From Vicinamibacteria bacterium (GTDB lineage: Bacteria; Acidobacteriota; Vicinamibacteria; Marinacidobacterales; Marinacidobacteraceae), in assembly GCA_963668695.2 (NCBI GenBank), contig CAXXLQ010000004.1:608001-672000 (forward strand): a DNA stretch of 64,000 bases. The letters are read 5' to 3'. The first letter of the stretch is position 1, and each line of letters begins with the position of its first letter. Position numbers and translations under genes: made by a program. Below are positions 9,749 through 19,688 of the stretch, in pieces. The notes beneath the pieces are model-generated. The model was not told the DNA's origin. It did no database searches and saw only the letters and a list, made by a program, of their open reading frames with translations.

Positions 9749-10004
9749 CCAGCCGGAGGGACCGTGAGAACACTCCGGAATGCCCGCACCTTCGCCGAGC
9801 GGAATGAGGCTCGGATCGTGTGAATTGCGAAGACTTGCGATGGTTTGGTAGCGTGAGTAGTCCGCGCCCTGCGGGGACGGCGGGCCTCGGGAGGCCTCGG
9901 CCTCCGGCATCAATGTGCGTAATTGCACGTTTTGTCCCTTCAGTGAGGAACCGTGCCACCAAAAAGTGGCCAATGCCGCCCGTCGTCCCCGCCCGGGTGC
10001 CGGA

Positions 10005-11486
10005 TCAACCAGCGCCCAGGCGTTCGCTGCCGGACCGGGCTGCTTCGACCAGCGCCGCCACCCGGCCCACGGTTTCCTCGAGGGTGAGATCGCTGGTGTC
10101 CAGCAGGTGCGCATCCCGGGCCCGGCGGAGCGGAGCCACCGCTCGGCCGGCATCCTTGTCGTCCCGGCGATGGAGTTCCGACTGGACCGCCCCTACGTCG
10201 CGGTCCCCCTCGTCGGAGGAGCGGCGGCGCGCTCGCACTTCGGGGCTCGCGTCCAGAAAGACCTTCACCGGCGCTTCGGGGAAGACCACGGTGCCGATGT
10301 CCCGGCCTTCGACGACGCCCCCCACCGCTGCCGCCTGCCGCCAGCGCTCGACCAGAACTTCGCGCAACTCGGGATGGACGGCGACCCGGGAGGCCCCCGC
10401 GGATACCTCCGGCTCGCGGACCGCAAGGGACACGTCTTCCCCGTCGAGGAACACGTGGCCCTCCCGATCGAGAATCACGCGATAGGCGAGAGTCCGCAGC
10501 GAGGGGCCGTCATCGAGATCCAGGTCCTGCCGCATCGCAGCCAGCGCGACCGCCCGCACCGACGCACCGGTGTTGAAGTAGGCCAACCCGAACCGCTCGG
10601 CGACCGCCCGGGCGACCGAGGTCTTGCCGGACCCCGCCGGCCCGTCGATCGCGACGACGAAGGCCGCCGGGGCGGTCGGGGTGGGGGGGCCGGGCGGTTC
10701 GGTACCCGACGACGCCAGGGAAGTCGCCGCTTCCCCCGAACACCGCTGGATCAACTCCCGCAGTTCCTCCACCTCACCCGCATCCAGCTTGCGCCAGCTC
10801 CCCGGGGTGAGCCCGATGTCGGCAAGACAACCGATCCGCGTGCGGTGCAATTCGAGGACCGGATGGCCCAGGACACTCAGCACCCGCCGGATCTCCCGGT
10901 TCCGGCCACCCAGGAGGGTGACCCGGAGCCGGGCGCGGCGCTTCGATTCCGCGCGGTGCGGGAAACGGGCAATGACCTCGATCTGATCGAGCTTCAGCCC
11001 CTGGCCATCCACCCGGACTCCGCGCTGCGCCCGTTCGAGCACCTCTTCCTCGGGAAGCCCGCGGACGGTGACGTAGTAGGTCTTGGGCAACCGGTAGCGG
11101 GGATGGGTGACCCGCTGAGCGAGTTCCCCATCGTCGGTCAGGAACACGAGCCCCGAACTGTTGCCGTCGAGCCGCCCCACCGGAACAAGCGAGCGGAACG
11201 AATGGGGAAGAAGATCCATCACCGTGGGCCGACGCGCCGGGTCCGACCGGGTCGTGAGATGGCCGAGGGGTTTGTTGAGAACCACGTACCGCCGAGGCTT
11301 GGCGCGGCTGCGGAGCCGCGTCCCGTCCACCCGGATGTCACTGAGCGCCGGGTCCGCCCGCACCCCCGGAACCCGAACCACCTCACCGTCCACGGTGACC
11401 CGGCCTTCGGCGATCATCTGCTCCGCGCTGCGGCGCGAGGCGATCCCGGCGGCCGCAATCAGCTTCTGGAGCCGCGCCGCCGTCAT
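10005..11486 (-). CDS. Fused RluB-type pseudouridine synthase and cytidylate kinase (Cmk)
   Basis: S4 domain 'RLQKLIAAAGIASRR' and catalytic 'PVGRLD'; then 'VAIDGPAGSGKTS', 'EGRDIGTVVFP', 'RRD..D..R..APL'. ATGA overlap with scpB. Confidence 0.9.
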   Translation of the reverse strand: MTAARLQKLIAAAGIASRRSAEQMIAEGRVTVDGEVVRVPGVRADPALSDIRVDGTRLRSRAKPRRYVVLNKPLGHLTTRSDPARRPTVMDLLPHSFRSLVPVGRLDGNSSGLVFLTDDGELAQRVTHPRYRLPKTYYVTVRGLPEEEVLERAQRGVRVDGQGLKLDQIEVIARFPHRAESKRRARLRVTLLGGRNREIRRVLSVLGHPVLELHRTRIGCLADIGLTPGSWRKLDAGEVEELRELIQRCSGEAATSLASSGTEPPGPPTPTAPAAFVVAIDGPAGSGKTSVARAVAERFGLAYFNTGASVRAVALAAMRQDLDLDDGPSLRTLAYRVILDREGHVFLDGEDVSLAVREPEVSAGASRVAVHPELREVLVERWRQAAAVGGVVEGRDIGTVVFPEAPVKVFLDASPEVRARRRSSDEGDRDVGAVQSELHRRDDKDAGRAVAPLRRARDAHLLDTSDLTLEETVGRVAALVEAARSGSERLGAG

Positions 11487-12160
11487 TCCGAGCCGTCTCC
11501 GCTTCCGGTACCGGCGCCGCGCCCGGCAGCGGTCTCCGGCTCCGCCGCGCTGCCCCCCGCCGGCGCCGGAACGGCCGCCGCCAGTGCGTCCTCGAACTCG
11601 CGGAGTTTCGGAAGATCCTCCAGCCGATCCAGTTCGAACCGCTCCAGGAATTCCTTTGTCGTTCCGTAGAGGAGCGGGCGTCCCACCACCTGCTTGCGTC
11701 CCCGGGAGCGGATCAGGCGGTGTTTCATGAGCGTGGCAATGACGCTTTGGGAGTTCACGCCGCGGATCTCGTTCAACTCGGGCACGGTGATCGGTTGCCG
11801 GTAAGCGATTACCGACAGCGCCTCGATCGCCGGCTCGGTGAGGGCCTGCTCCCGCTTCGGGGCCATGAGGCGCTCGATGGCCTCCCGCCATTCCATCCGG
11901 GTCGTGAGCTGGAAGCCCCCGGCAATCCGGGCCAGCCGAAGTCCGGAGCCCGAGTGTGAATACCGCACCTCCAGCTCGTCGAGCGCAAGCTGTACGACCC
12001 TCGCGTCGGTTTCGAGCGCCTGCGCCAGCCGTTCTGGCGTTACCGGGGCGCCGTGGGAGAAGAGCAGTGCCTCCACGGCGGCCGCGAGGCGGGCGCAGTC
12101 TTCGGCCGAATCCGGCGCCCCCTCGGGAGCGTCTGCGGGCTTCAGCGGGATATCCGACAA
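11483..12160 (-). CDS. scpB: SMC-Scp complex subunit ScpB
   Basis: 'VEALLF', 'IAYRQPIT..E...IRGV', 'GRPLLYGTTKEFL..F.L..L.DLP'. Start codon uncertain. Confidence 0.95.
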   Translation of the reverse strand: MSDIPLKPADAPEGAPDSAEDCARLAAAVEALLFSHGAPVTPERLAQALETDARVVQLALDELEVRYSHSGSGLRLARIAGGFQLTTRMEWREAIERLMAPKREQALTEPAIEALSVIAYRQPITVPELNEIRGVNSQSVIATLMKHRLIRSRGRKQVVGRPLLYGTTKEFLERFELDRLEDLPKLREFEDALAAAVPAPAGGSAAEPETAAGRGAGTGSGDGSE

Positions 12161-12164
12161 GGAC

Positions 12165-12995
12165 TCAGGCGGGCGCCAGCCCTGCGATACGGATGGGGCC
12201 GAAGCTCTCCTCCTGACCCACCGAGATCCGGCGGCGGCGGGCCAGTTCCAGGATCGCGAGGAACGCGGCTACCAGGGTCGCACGGTCCACGTTGCCTTCA
12301 ATCACCTCGAAGAGCAGTTCCTCGAAGTCCTGTTCGAACCCGGGCGGCACCGCCGTCTCGATGCGTCGGATCAGGACCGCCATGGAGATCCGGCGCTCGG
12401 GAAGCGGTACCCGGGGGCGCGACCTCGCCCGGACGACGACCCGCCGAAAAGCCTCGACCACCGCGAAGAGGTCCACCCGCAGCAGGCTTTCGGTCTCGGC
12501 GCCTGCCGCCTCGCCGTGGGCCGCGTCGTCCTCCACGAGTCCGAGGGTGGGCTGTCTGACCCATACCGATCGGCGGGCTTCGAGGCTCTCACGGAGCCGG
12601 CGGGCCGCGTCCCGATAGCGGGCGTAGTCCCGGAGGCGATCCTCCAGGTCGGCCAGCGGGTCCGCCTCCGCCCCCGCGGCGGCCGGGCTCGGCCGGGGAA
12701 GCAGGCGTCTCGCCTTGATGCGCAGCAGCGCGGTCGCCACTTTGAGGAATTCGGATCCCACCCGGAGGTCCAGCATCTCGAGGAGCTCGAGCGTCTCCAG
12801 GTACTGCCGGGTGATGGAAGCGATTTCGATCCGGAGCGGATCGGCCTGCCCCTCTCGCACCATGCGGAGGAGCAGTTCGAGCGGACCGTCGAATCCGGCC
12901 TCGGCGGGCGAATCCTCGCCGCCGTCGAAGCGGAGGTGAAACCCCTGGCCGGGAGTCCCGAGTTCGGTCTCGGGTTGGTAGAGGACCGCTTTCAT
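12165..12995 (-). CDS. scpA: Segregation and condensation protein ScpA
   Basis: 'FDGPLELLL', 'I.I..IT.QYL', 'FLAILEL', 'QEESFGPI'. Confidence 0.93.
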   Translation of the reverse strand: MKAVLYQPETELGTPGQGFHLRFDGGEDSPAEAGFDGPLELLLRMVREGQADPLRIEIASITRQYLETLELLEMLDLRVGSEFLKVATALLRIKARRLLPRPSPAAAGAEADPLADLEDRLRDYARYRDAARRLRESLEARRSVWVRQPTLGLVEDDAAHGEAAGAETESLLRVDLFAVVEAFRRVVVRARSRPRVPLPERRISMAVLIRRIETAVPPGFEQDFEELLFEVIEGNVDRATLVAAFLAILELARRRRISVGQEESFGPIRIAGLAPA

Positions 12996-12997
12996 TG

Positions 12998-13376
12998 GCA
13001 GTCCGTGGACAAGGTGGGGCGAGCACCGAGAGCGCCAGTTCTCCCGGTGGGGGCGAGGCGCCCGGCTGACAAGGCGCGCAAGGGAGGAATACCAGTGGTC
13101 TTTCGACCGAAGCGCAACGATGAGCGACGCGAAGCGGAGTGGTTCAGCCGGGATGCATCGCCGGCCGCTTCCGGAGCGGGGCGTGAGCACCGCGGAGACC
13201 CCAGAGCACGGGGGATGGAGGGCGGCAACAGCCGACTCCCATCCCTCCTACCTCGGGCTTCCGGAGCGGGGCGTGAGCACCGCGGAGACCCCGGAGCACG
13301 GGGAATGGAGGGCGGCAACAGCCGACCACCATCCCTTCTGACTCGGGAATGCCCGCTCACCTTGTTCACGGGCTGC
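12998..13376. mobile_element. MITE-like family A copy with internal 2x90-bp direct repeats
   Basis: Termini GCAGTCCGTGGACAAGG / CCTTGTTCACGGGCTGC (15/17 inverted match), TG on both flanks; direct repeats start at 13167 and 13257. Confidence 0.7.
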
Positions 13377-14394
13377 TGGCGACGGGCAAGCGAACCGCGG
13401 CGCGCACCCGCTCCATGGTGGCGCCGGCTACCTCCGACGCTTCTCGCCGGCCGGCGGCCAGCACGTCCTGCACGTCGTCGGGCCGCTTTTCGTATTCCCG
13501 CCGCCGCTCGCCGATCGGCGCGATCTCGGCGACCAGGTGGTCGGCCAGCGCGTTCTTGCATTGGATGCAACCGATCCCGGCCGAACGACAGCCCTCGGCC
13601 GCCCAACTCCGGGTCTTGTCGTCGGAGAAGATGCGGTGGAGATCGAAGACGGGGCACTTCGCCGGGTCTCCGGGGTCGCGTAGCCGCTTCCTCGCCGGAT
13701 CGGTCATCATCGTCCGCAGCTTCCCGCGGAGGGAGGCCTCGTCCTCGGCGATCCCGATCACGTTCCCGTAGCTCTTGGACATCTTCCGCCCATCGGTACC
13801 CGGCAACCGCGGGGACGGGGTCAGGCGCACCTCCGGCTCGGTGAGCACCGATCCGTAGATGGAGTTGAAGCGGCGGGCGATTTCCCGGGTCAACTCGATG
13901 TGGGGCTTTTGGTCCGCTCCTACGGGGACCACCGCAGCGTCGTACATGAGGATGTCCGCCGCCTGCAGGACGGGATACCCCAGGAAGCCGTAGGTATGGA
14001 GGTCCTTTTCCTTCAGCTCCTTGATCAGCTCCTTGTAGGTGGGAACGCGCTCCAGCCAGCCGAGCGGGACGACCATCGACAGGAGCAGATGGAGTTCCGC
14101 GTGCTCGGGAACCTGCGACTGGATGAACAGGGTGCAGCGCTTGGGATCGAGTCCCACCGCCAGCCAGTCCGTCGCGATCTCGAGAGTGCTCTTCCGGAGA
14201 TCGCTGGTATCCCGGTAGTCGGTGGTCAGCGCGTGCCAGTCGACGATGCAGTAGAAGGCGCTGAACTCGTCCTGCATCGCCACCCAGTTGCGGTAGGCCC
14301 CCACCAGGTGTCCCAGGTGGGACGACCCGGTGGGCCTCATCCCGGAGAGGAGGCGCGGACGCCCGCTACGTGGTTTCGTGCCCGTTTGTGTCAT
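13366..14394 (-). CDS. trpS: Tryptophan--tRNA ligase
   Basis: 'SGMRPTG..HLGH', 'YPVLQAADIL', 'VPVGADQ', 'KMSKSYGN'. Confidence 0.97.
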   Translation of the reverse strand: MTQTGTKPRSGRPRLLSGMRPTGSSHLGHLVGAYRNWVAMQDEFSAFYCIVDWHALTTDYRDTSDLRKSTLEIATDWLAVGLDPKRCTLFIQSQVPEHAELHLLLSMVVPLGWLERVPTYKELIKELKEKDLHTYGFLGYPVLQAADILMYDAAVVPVGADQKPHIELTREIARRFNSIYGSVLTEPEVRLTPSPRLPGTDGRKMSKSYGNVIGIAEDEASLRGKLRTMMTDPARKRLRDPGDPAKCPVFDLHRIFSDDKTRSWAAEGCRSAGIGCIQCKNALADHLVAEIAPIGERRREYEKRPDDVQDVLAAGRREASEVAGATMERVRAAVRLPVASSP

Positions 14395-14396
14395 AA

Positions 14397-14649
14397 ACAG
14401 CCTGTAGACAAAGTCACGCGGCCCAGTTCTCCCGGTGGGGGCTCGACCGGCGATGCATCCCGCCTGAACCGCGCCGCTTCGCGTCGCTCATCGTTGCGCT
14501 TCGGTCGAAATACACTCGGGCCAGTTCTCCCGGTGGGGGCTCCTCCCTCGCGCGCCTTGTCAGTCGGGCCCCCACCGGGAGAACTGGCCCCACCGGGAGA
14601 ACTGGGCCTCACCGGTCTCGGCACTCGCGTCACTTTATCCACAGGCTGT
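14397..14649. mobile_element. MITE-like family A copy
   Basis: ACAGCCTGTAGACAAAGT...ACTTTATCCACAGGCTGT; four 18-bp units. Confidence 0.8.
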
Positions 14650-14663
14650 TGAGCGTCGGCATT

Positions 14664-16520
14664 CTACGGGGCGCTCGGTCCGCCGTCCGAACGAAGACGG
14701 GCGTGGAGCCGGGCCGCGAGCGCGGGGCCTACCGTTTCGGCGAGCTCCGCTTGGGAAGCCTCCTTGACCCGCCGGAGGCTGCCGAAGCGGCTCAGGAGCG
14801 CCTGACGGCGCCGGGGGCCGATGCCGGGCACTCCGTCCAGGGCGGAGCGGAGCGTGGCGGCCCGGCGACTCTTGCGGTGGAAGGTGATCGCGAAACGGTG
14901 GGCCTCATCGCGGGCTCTTTGGAGGAGATGGAGCGCCGGGGAGTTCCGGGGAAGCCGGAGGGGTTCCGGAGCGCCGGGCAGAAAGATCTCCTCCTCGCGT
15001 TTGGCGAGGCCCGCGTGGGGAATGTGGGTGAGACCGAGGTCGTGGAGCGCGGAGGCTGCGGAACCGAGCTGGCCGCGCCCTCCGTCCACCAGGATCAAAT
15101 CCGGAAGCTCCTGCCCCTCGGTGAGCACCCGCCGGTAGCGGCGGAGCACCACCTCGTGCATCGAGGCGTAGTCGTCGGGCTTTCCGGACACGCTGCGGAT
15201 GCGGAACCGCCGGTAGGCCGAAGGGAGCGGCTCTCCCCGCTCGAAAACCACCATGGACGCCACCACCTGATGTCCGCCCAGATTCGAAATGTCGAACGCT
15301 TCAATGCGGCGGGGCTCGACGGAGAGCTGGAGCGCTTCCTGCAGGGCGCGGACCCGGGCGGCGGCCTTCCTGCCCGCTTCCCGGAAGTCGAGATCGAAGG
15401 CGAGACGGGCGTTCCGGCAGACCAGATCCACCATCCGGCGGCGGGAGCCCTTCACGGGAACGTGGATCTCGACCCGGCCGCCGCGCTTTTCCGCGAGCCA
15501 GTCCGCGACCAGCTCGCGTTCGGGAAAATCGAGCGGCGATTCGATCCGCGGCGGAGGACGGCGCCCCATCTCGTAGAACTGTTTCATCGACGCTTCCACG
15601 AGCCCGGCATCGTCCACCGGGGGCAGATCGGATAGCGAAAACGTATCCCGGTCCACCACTTTGCCGTTCCGCACCAGGAAAACCTGCAACTGGGCGCGAT
15701 TGCCCTCCCGGTAGAAGCCGAACACGTCGCGGGTCTGCCCGTCGGCCGCGGCCATCTTCTGGCGGTCGTTCAACTCGGCGAGGAGGTGCAGGCTGTCGCG
15801 CAGGCGGGCGGCCTCTTCGAAGCGCTCCCCTTCGGCTTCCTCGCGCATCCGGCGGGTGAGCGAGGTGGAGAGTTCGGTCGTCCGTCCGAGCAGGAAGAGC
15901 CGGGCCGCTTCCGACGCCTCGCGGTACTTGTCGACCGAGCAGATGGAATCCACGCAAGGCGCGATGCAGCGGCGGATCTGGTGCTGAAGACAGGGACGCG
16001 GACGCTTGCCGTTGAGTTGCTCGCGGCAGTTCCGGATGCCGAAGAGCCGGTGCACCAGACTCATGCTCCCGCGCGCGAGGCTCGCCGGGAAATACGGACC
16101 CGCGTAGGCGGCCCCGTCGGTGCCGGCGCCGCGCACGATGTGGACCCGCGGGTACTTCTCGTTCATGGTGAGCCGGACGAGCGGCGGATTCTTGTCGTCC
16201 CGCAGCAGGATGTTGTAGCGGGGCCGGCGCGTCTTGATCAGGTTGTTCTCGAGCAGCAGGGCCTCGCGCGCGGAGTCGGTGAGCACCACCTCCACATCGG
16301 CGATCTGGGAGAGCAGGTTCCCCTTCCGGGCGTCGGGTGGCGGAGTGCGGAGGTGCGACAGCACCCTGGCCCGCACCGAAGCGGCCTTGCCTACGTAGAG
16401 CGTCTTCCCCTCGGCGGAGCGAAAGAGATAGACCCCCGCGCTCTGCGGGAGGAGGGCGATCTTGTTCTCAAGACCGGCAGGAAAACCGGCCGTCATTTGG
16501 GGAATTGTAGGATGCGCCAC
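14664..16520 (-). CDS. uvrC: Excinuclease ABC subunit C
   Basis: GIY-YIG 'GVYLF..YVGKA', 'RIEAFDISN', 'PDLILVDGG.GQL', 'RDEAHRFA', HhH tail. Start may instead be the ATG at 16496. Confidence 0.97.
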   Translation of the reverse strand: MAHPTIPQMTAGFPAGLENKIALLPQSAGVYLFRSAEGKTLYVGKAASVRARVLSHLRTPPPDARKGNLLSQIADVEVVLTDSAREALLLENNLIKTRRPRYNILLRDDKNPPLVRLTMNEKYPRVHIVRGAGTDGAAYAGPYFPASLARGSMSLVHRLFGIRNCREQLNGKRPRPCLQHQIRRCIAPCVDSICSVDKYREASEAARLFLLGRTTELSTSLTRRMREEAEGERFEEAARLRDSLHLLAELNDRQKMAAADGQTRDVFGFYREGNRAQLQVFLVRNGKVVDRDTFSLSDLPPVDDAGLVEASMKQFYEMGRRPPPRIESPLDFPERELVADWLAEKRGGRVEIHVPVKGSRRRMVDLVCRNARLAFDLDFREAGRKAAARVRALQEALQLSVEPRRIEAFDISNLGGHQVVASMVVFERGEPLPSAYRRFRIRSVSGKPDDYASMHEVVLRRYRRVLTEGQELPDLILVDGGRGQLGSAASALHDLGLTHIPHAGLAKREEEIFLPGAPEPLRLPRNSPALHLLQRARDEAHRFAITFHRKSRRAATLRSALDGVPGIGPRRRQALLSRFGSLRRVKEASQAELAETVGPALAARLHARLRSDGGPSAP

Positions 16521-16525
16521 CTCTA

Positions 16526-16724
16526 GCAGCCTATGGTGGAACCCGGGCGGCGTTCGAGCAGCGATGCATCCCGGCTGAACCGCGCCGCTTTGCGGCGCTC
16601 GGCGTTGCGTTTCGGTCGAAATACACTCGGGCCAGTTCTCCCGGTGGGGGCTCCTCCCTCACGCGCCTTGTCAGCCGGGCACCTCCCCGCTCTCGGCACT
16701 CACCCGGGTTCCACCACCGGCTGC
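16526..16724. mobile_element. MITE-like family A copy (one 18-bp unit)
   Basis: TA|GCAGCCTATGGTGGAACCCGGG...CCCGGGTTCCACCACCGGCTGC. Confidence 0.8.
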
Positions 16725-16747
16725 CAAGACTAACCAAAAGGATTTTC

Positions 16748-17719
16748 ATGCCCCGAGCCATCCGCATCCAGCAGCACGGCGGACCCGAGGTGATGACCCT
16801 CGGCTCCGTCCCCGAATCCGCGCCCGGTCCCGAAGACGCCCTCGTCCGGGTCGAAGCGGCCGGAGTCAACTTCATCGACACCTACCACCGCACCGGGCTC
16901 TACCCGGTCCCCACCCCGTTCACGCCCGGGGTGGAGGGCGCCGGCGTCGTGGAAGCCGTGGGGTCCGGCGTTTCGGACCTGTCTCCCGGGGACCGGGTTG
17001 GATGGGTCATGCAAATGGGCAGCTACGCGGAGCAGGCCGTGCGGCCGGCGGCGAAGCTGGTCCGGCTTCCAGAGGGCGTGACGACCACCCAGGCCGCCGC
17101 CGCGCTCCTCCAGGGCATGACCGCGCACTACCTCGTCCGCTCCACCTTCCGGGTGCAGTCGGGGATGCCGGTGCTGGTCCACGCAGCCGCTGGCGGGATG
17201 GGGCTGTTGCTCTGCCAGATGTGCCGGGCGCTGGGCGCCCGGGTCTTCGGCACCGTGTCCACGGAAGCGAAGGCTCGAGCCGCGCGTGCCGCGGGCGCCG
17301 ACCACGTGATCCGCTACACCGAACAGGACTTCGCCGAGGCGATCCGGGAAGAACTAGGAGAGGAGAGGCTTGCGGTCGCTTACGACTCGGTGGGAGAGAC
17401 CACCTGGCGGAAGAGCCTCGGCCTGCTCCGGCCGCGGGGAATGCTCGTCCTGTTCGGCCAGTCGTCCGGACCAGTGCCCCCGATCGATCCGCTGCTGCTC
17501 GCCCAGAACGGGTCCCTCTTCATCACCCGGCCCACCCTCGGGGACTACGCCGCGACCCCGGACGAGTTGAAGTGGCGCGCCGGGGAAGTCCTCGACAGCG
17601 TTGCCAGCGGCAAACTCAACCTCACCATCGACCGGGAACTACCCCTGGCGGAGGCCGCAGAAGCCCACCGCCTCCTCGAGGGCCGCGCCACCACCGGAAA
17701 GCTGATCCTCCGGCCGTAG
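16748..17719 (+). CDS. qor: NADPH:quinone oxidoreductase (zeta-crystallin/MDR family)
   Basis: 'GVNFIDTY.RTGLY', 'PGVEGAG', 'VHAAAGGMG', 'GRATTGKLIL'. Confidence 0.92.
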   Translation: MPRAIRIQQHGGPEVMTLGSVPESAPGPEDALVRVEAAGVNFIDTYHRTGLYPVPTPFTPGVEGAGVVEAVGSGVSDLSPGDRVGWVMQMGSYAEQAVRPAAKLVRLPEGVTTTQAAAALLQGMTAHYLVRSTFRVQSGMPVLVHAAAGGMGLLLCQMCRALGARVFGTVSTEAKARAARAAGADHVIRYTEQDFAEAIREELGEERLAVAYDSVGETTWRKSLGLLRPRGMLVLFGQSSGPVPPIDPLLLAQNGSLFITRPTLGDYAATPDELKWRAGEVLDSVASGKLNLTIDRELPLAEAAEAHRLLEGRATTGKLILRP

Positions 17720-17995
17720 GGGAACGCCGGTCTTCAGGCCGGTGAGGCGGCGCGCAGGGCCGCAAGACCGCGGATCGCCGACCGCGAAGAAGCGCGGGGA
17801 CGGCTTGGAACGCCGACCTCTGGGCAGTTCTCCCGGTGGGGCCCGGCCCAGCGGCCCGCAGGGACGCGGCGGCGAAGACCCCGAACAACAGGATGGTTCC
17901 CGTCTCAGCGCGAACCCCCGCTAGCTGGGCAGCACCGTGACAGCGGGAACGCCGATCTCTGGCTAGTCGTCCCGGTGGGGGCCAGCATCGCGCGC
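17720..17995. repeat. REP-like family B cluster with 18-bp unit variants
   Basis: GGAACGCCG.. motifs at about 17721, 17807 and 17946. Confidence 0.55.
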
Positions 17996-18028
17996 CGGGC
18001 GGGTGAAAGGCGCAAGCGGTCCCTCTTT

Positions 18029-18050
18029 AGTGTTCTGTATATTGGACACT
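18029..18050. promoter_or_regulatory. Putative antitoxin operator AGTGTTC-N8-GGACACT
   Basis: Imperfect palindrome in an AT-rich patch just upstream of the HTH gene. Confidence 0.45.
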
Positions 18051-18081
18051 ACAGCATAGAGTGCTCTATATTCCATACGAT

Positions 18082-18423
18082 ATGCCGTCAGACCGCGACG
18101 CGACGCTCCCCCTCCCCACCCTCCCCATGCTCCGCAAGCTGGGCGCCGACCTCCGCGACGCCCGCCGACGCCGCCGCATCCCGACAGCGCTCATGGCTGA
18201 ACGCGCCATGCTGAGCCGCACCACTCTGCACCGGATCGAACGCGGGGACCCGGGAGTCGCACTCGGAAACTACGCGCGCGTTCTCTTCGTGCTCGGCCTC
18301 CATCGGCGGCTCGGGGATCTGGCCGACCCTGGACAAGACGTCGTTGGGCTGGATTTGGAAGCGGACCGGCTCCCCGAACGCATCCACCTGCGGGATCGCC
18401 TGTTCGAGTCGGAGGGATCCTGA
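18082..18423 (+). CDS. XRE-family HTH protein (putative antitoxin of HipA-like kinase)
   Basis: 'LG..LRDARRRRR....MAERA.LSRTTL.RIERGDPGV'; TGATG coupling to the kinase gene. Confidence 0.85.
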   Translation: MPSDRDATLPLPTLPMLRKLGADLRDARRRRRIPTALMAERAMLSRTTLHRIERGDPGVALGNYARVLFVLGLHRRLGDLADPGQDVVGLDLEADRLPERIHLRDRLFESEGS

Positions 18424-19688
18424 TGGACCGACGCGTGTTCGTGTATTCCGGCCGGAGCGATTTCAACGGCTGTGTCGGACGCCTCTGGCTGCGGGTGCGC
18501 GCGAATCGCGGAAGCGCTTCGTTTCAGTACGACCCGGGCTGGCTGCAACCGCCCGCCCGCTTTGCCCTGGATCCCACTCTGGAGCTGGGCGGCGGCGTCT
18601 ATCACACGGAATCCGGAAGGCAGTTGTTCGGCGCCTTCGACGATTCCGCCCCCGACCGCTGGGGACGCATGCTCCTGCGCCGAGCCGAACGGCGGGACGC
18701 ACAAAGGGAAGGACGACTCCCGCGCGCCCTCTCCGAGGGCGATTTTCTGCTCGGGGTGGACGATGAAACGCGCCAGGGAGCCCTGCGGTTTCGGGCAACG
18801 CCGGAAGGCCCCTTCCTCGCTCCTCCGTCCCCCACCCGCGTTCCGCCGCTCATGGAACTGCCCCGTCTGCTCGGCGCCGCCGACCGGGTCGCCGCCGAAT
18901 CGGAAGACGATGACGACCTGCGACTACTCCTCATGCCCGGTGCCTCGCTGGGCGGCGCACGGCCGAAGGCGTCGGTCCGGGACGGCGACAGGCGTCTTGC
19001 GTTCGCGAAATTCCCGAAGACCGATGACGAATGGAACGTCCCGCTTTGGGAAGCGGTCGCGCTCGCGCTGGCCTCGCGCGCGGGAATCACCACTTCGAGC
19101 TGGCGCCTGGAGACCGTGAGCGGCCGCCGCGTGCTGGTCCTCCATCGGTTCGACCGCGAAGGCGGGCGCCGCATCCCGTTCCTCTCCGCCATGACGATGC
19201 TGGGAGCAACCGACCACGAGCCGCGCTCGTATCCCGAAATCGCCGAGGCCATTCGCCGTTTCGGCGCCGCTCCCGCCGCCGACCTGAAGGAACTCTGGCG
19301 GCGCATCGTGTTCACGGTGCTGATCTCGAACCGGGACGATCACCTGCGCAACCACGGATTCCTTCGCCCGGGGGACCGCGGCTGGCGCCTTTCCCCGGCC
19401 TACGACCTGAACCCCACCCCGGCGCATGCTGGCGGCCGGTTTCTCGCCACCGCAATCGTCGCCGGGGACACGCGCGCCTCGCTGGAACTCGCTTTTGAGA
19501 CCGCTCGCTACTACGGGATTACGCCTTCCGCAGCCCCCGAAATCGTTGCGGAAGTCGCCGCGGTGGTCAGCGGCTGGCGCAACGAGGCATCCCGGTTCGG
19601 CCTCCGCCGCAGCGAGCAGGAACTCATGGCTTCGGCCTTCGAGCACGAGGAGTTCGACCGCGCCCGGCGCTCTCCGACCTCGCTTTGA
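18423..19688 (+). CDS. HipA-domain toxin kinase
   Basis: 'DSAPDRWGR', 'SLGGARPKA', 'AKFP', 'RFDR', 'NRDDHLRNHGF', 'LSPAYDLNP'. Confidence 0.92.
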   Translation: MDRRVFVYSGRSDFNGCVGRLWLRVRANRGSASFQYDPGWLQPPARFALDPTLELGGGVYHTESGRQLFGAFDDSAPDRWGRMLLRRAERRDAQREGRLPRALSEGDFLLGVDDETRQGALRFRATPEGPFLAPPSPTRVPPLMELPRLLGAADRVAAESEDDDDLRLLLMPGASLGGARPKASVRDGDRRLAFAKFPKTDDEWNVPLWEAVALALASRAGITTSSWRLETVSGRRVLVLHRFDREGGRRIPFLSAMTMLGATDHEPRSYPEIAEAIRRFGAAPAADLKELWRRIVFTVLISNRDDHLRNHGFLRPGDRGWRLSPAYDLNPTPAHAGGRFLATAIVAGDTRASLELAFETARYYGITPSAAPEIVAEVAAVVSGWRNEASRFGLRRSEQELMASAFEHEEFDRARRSPTSL

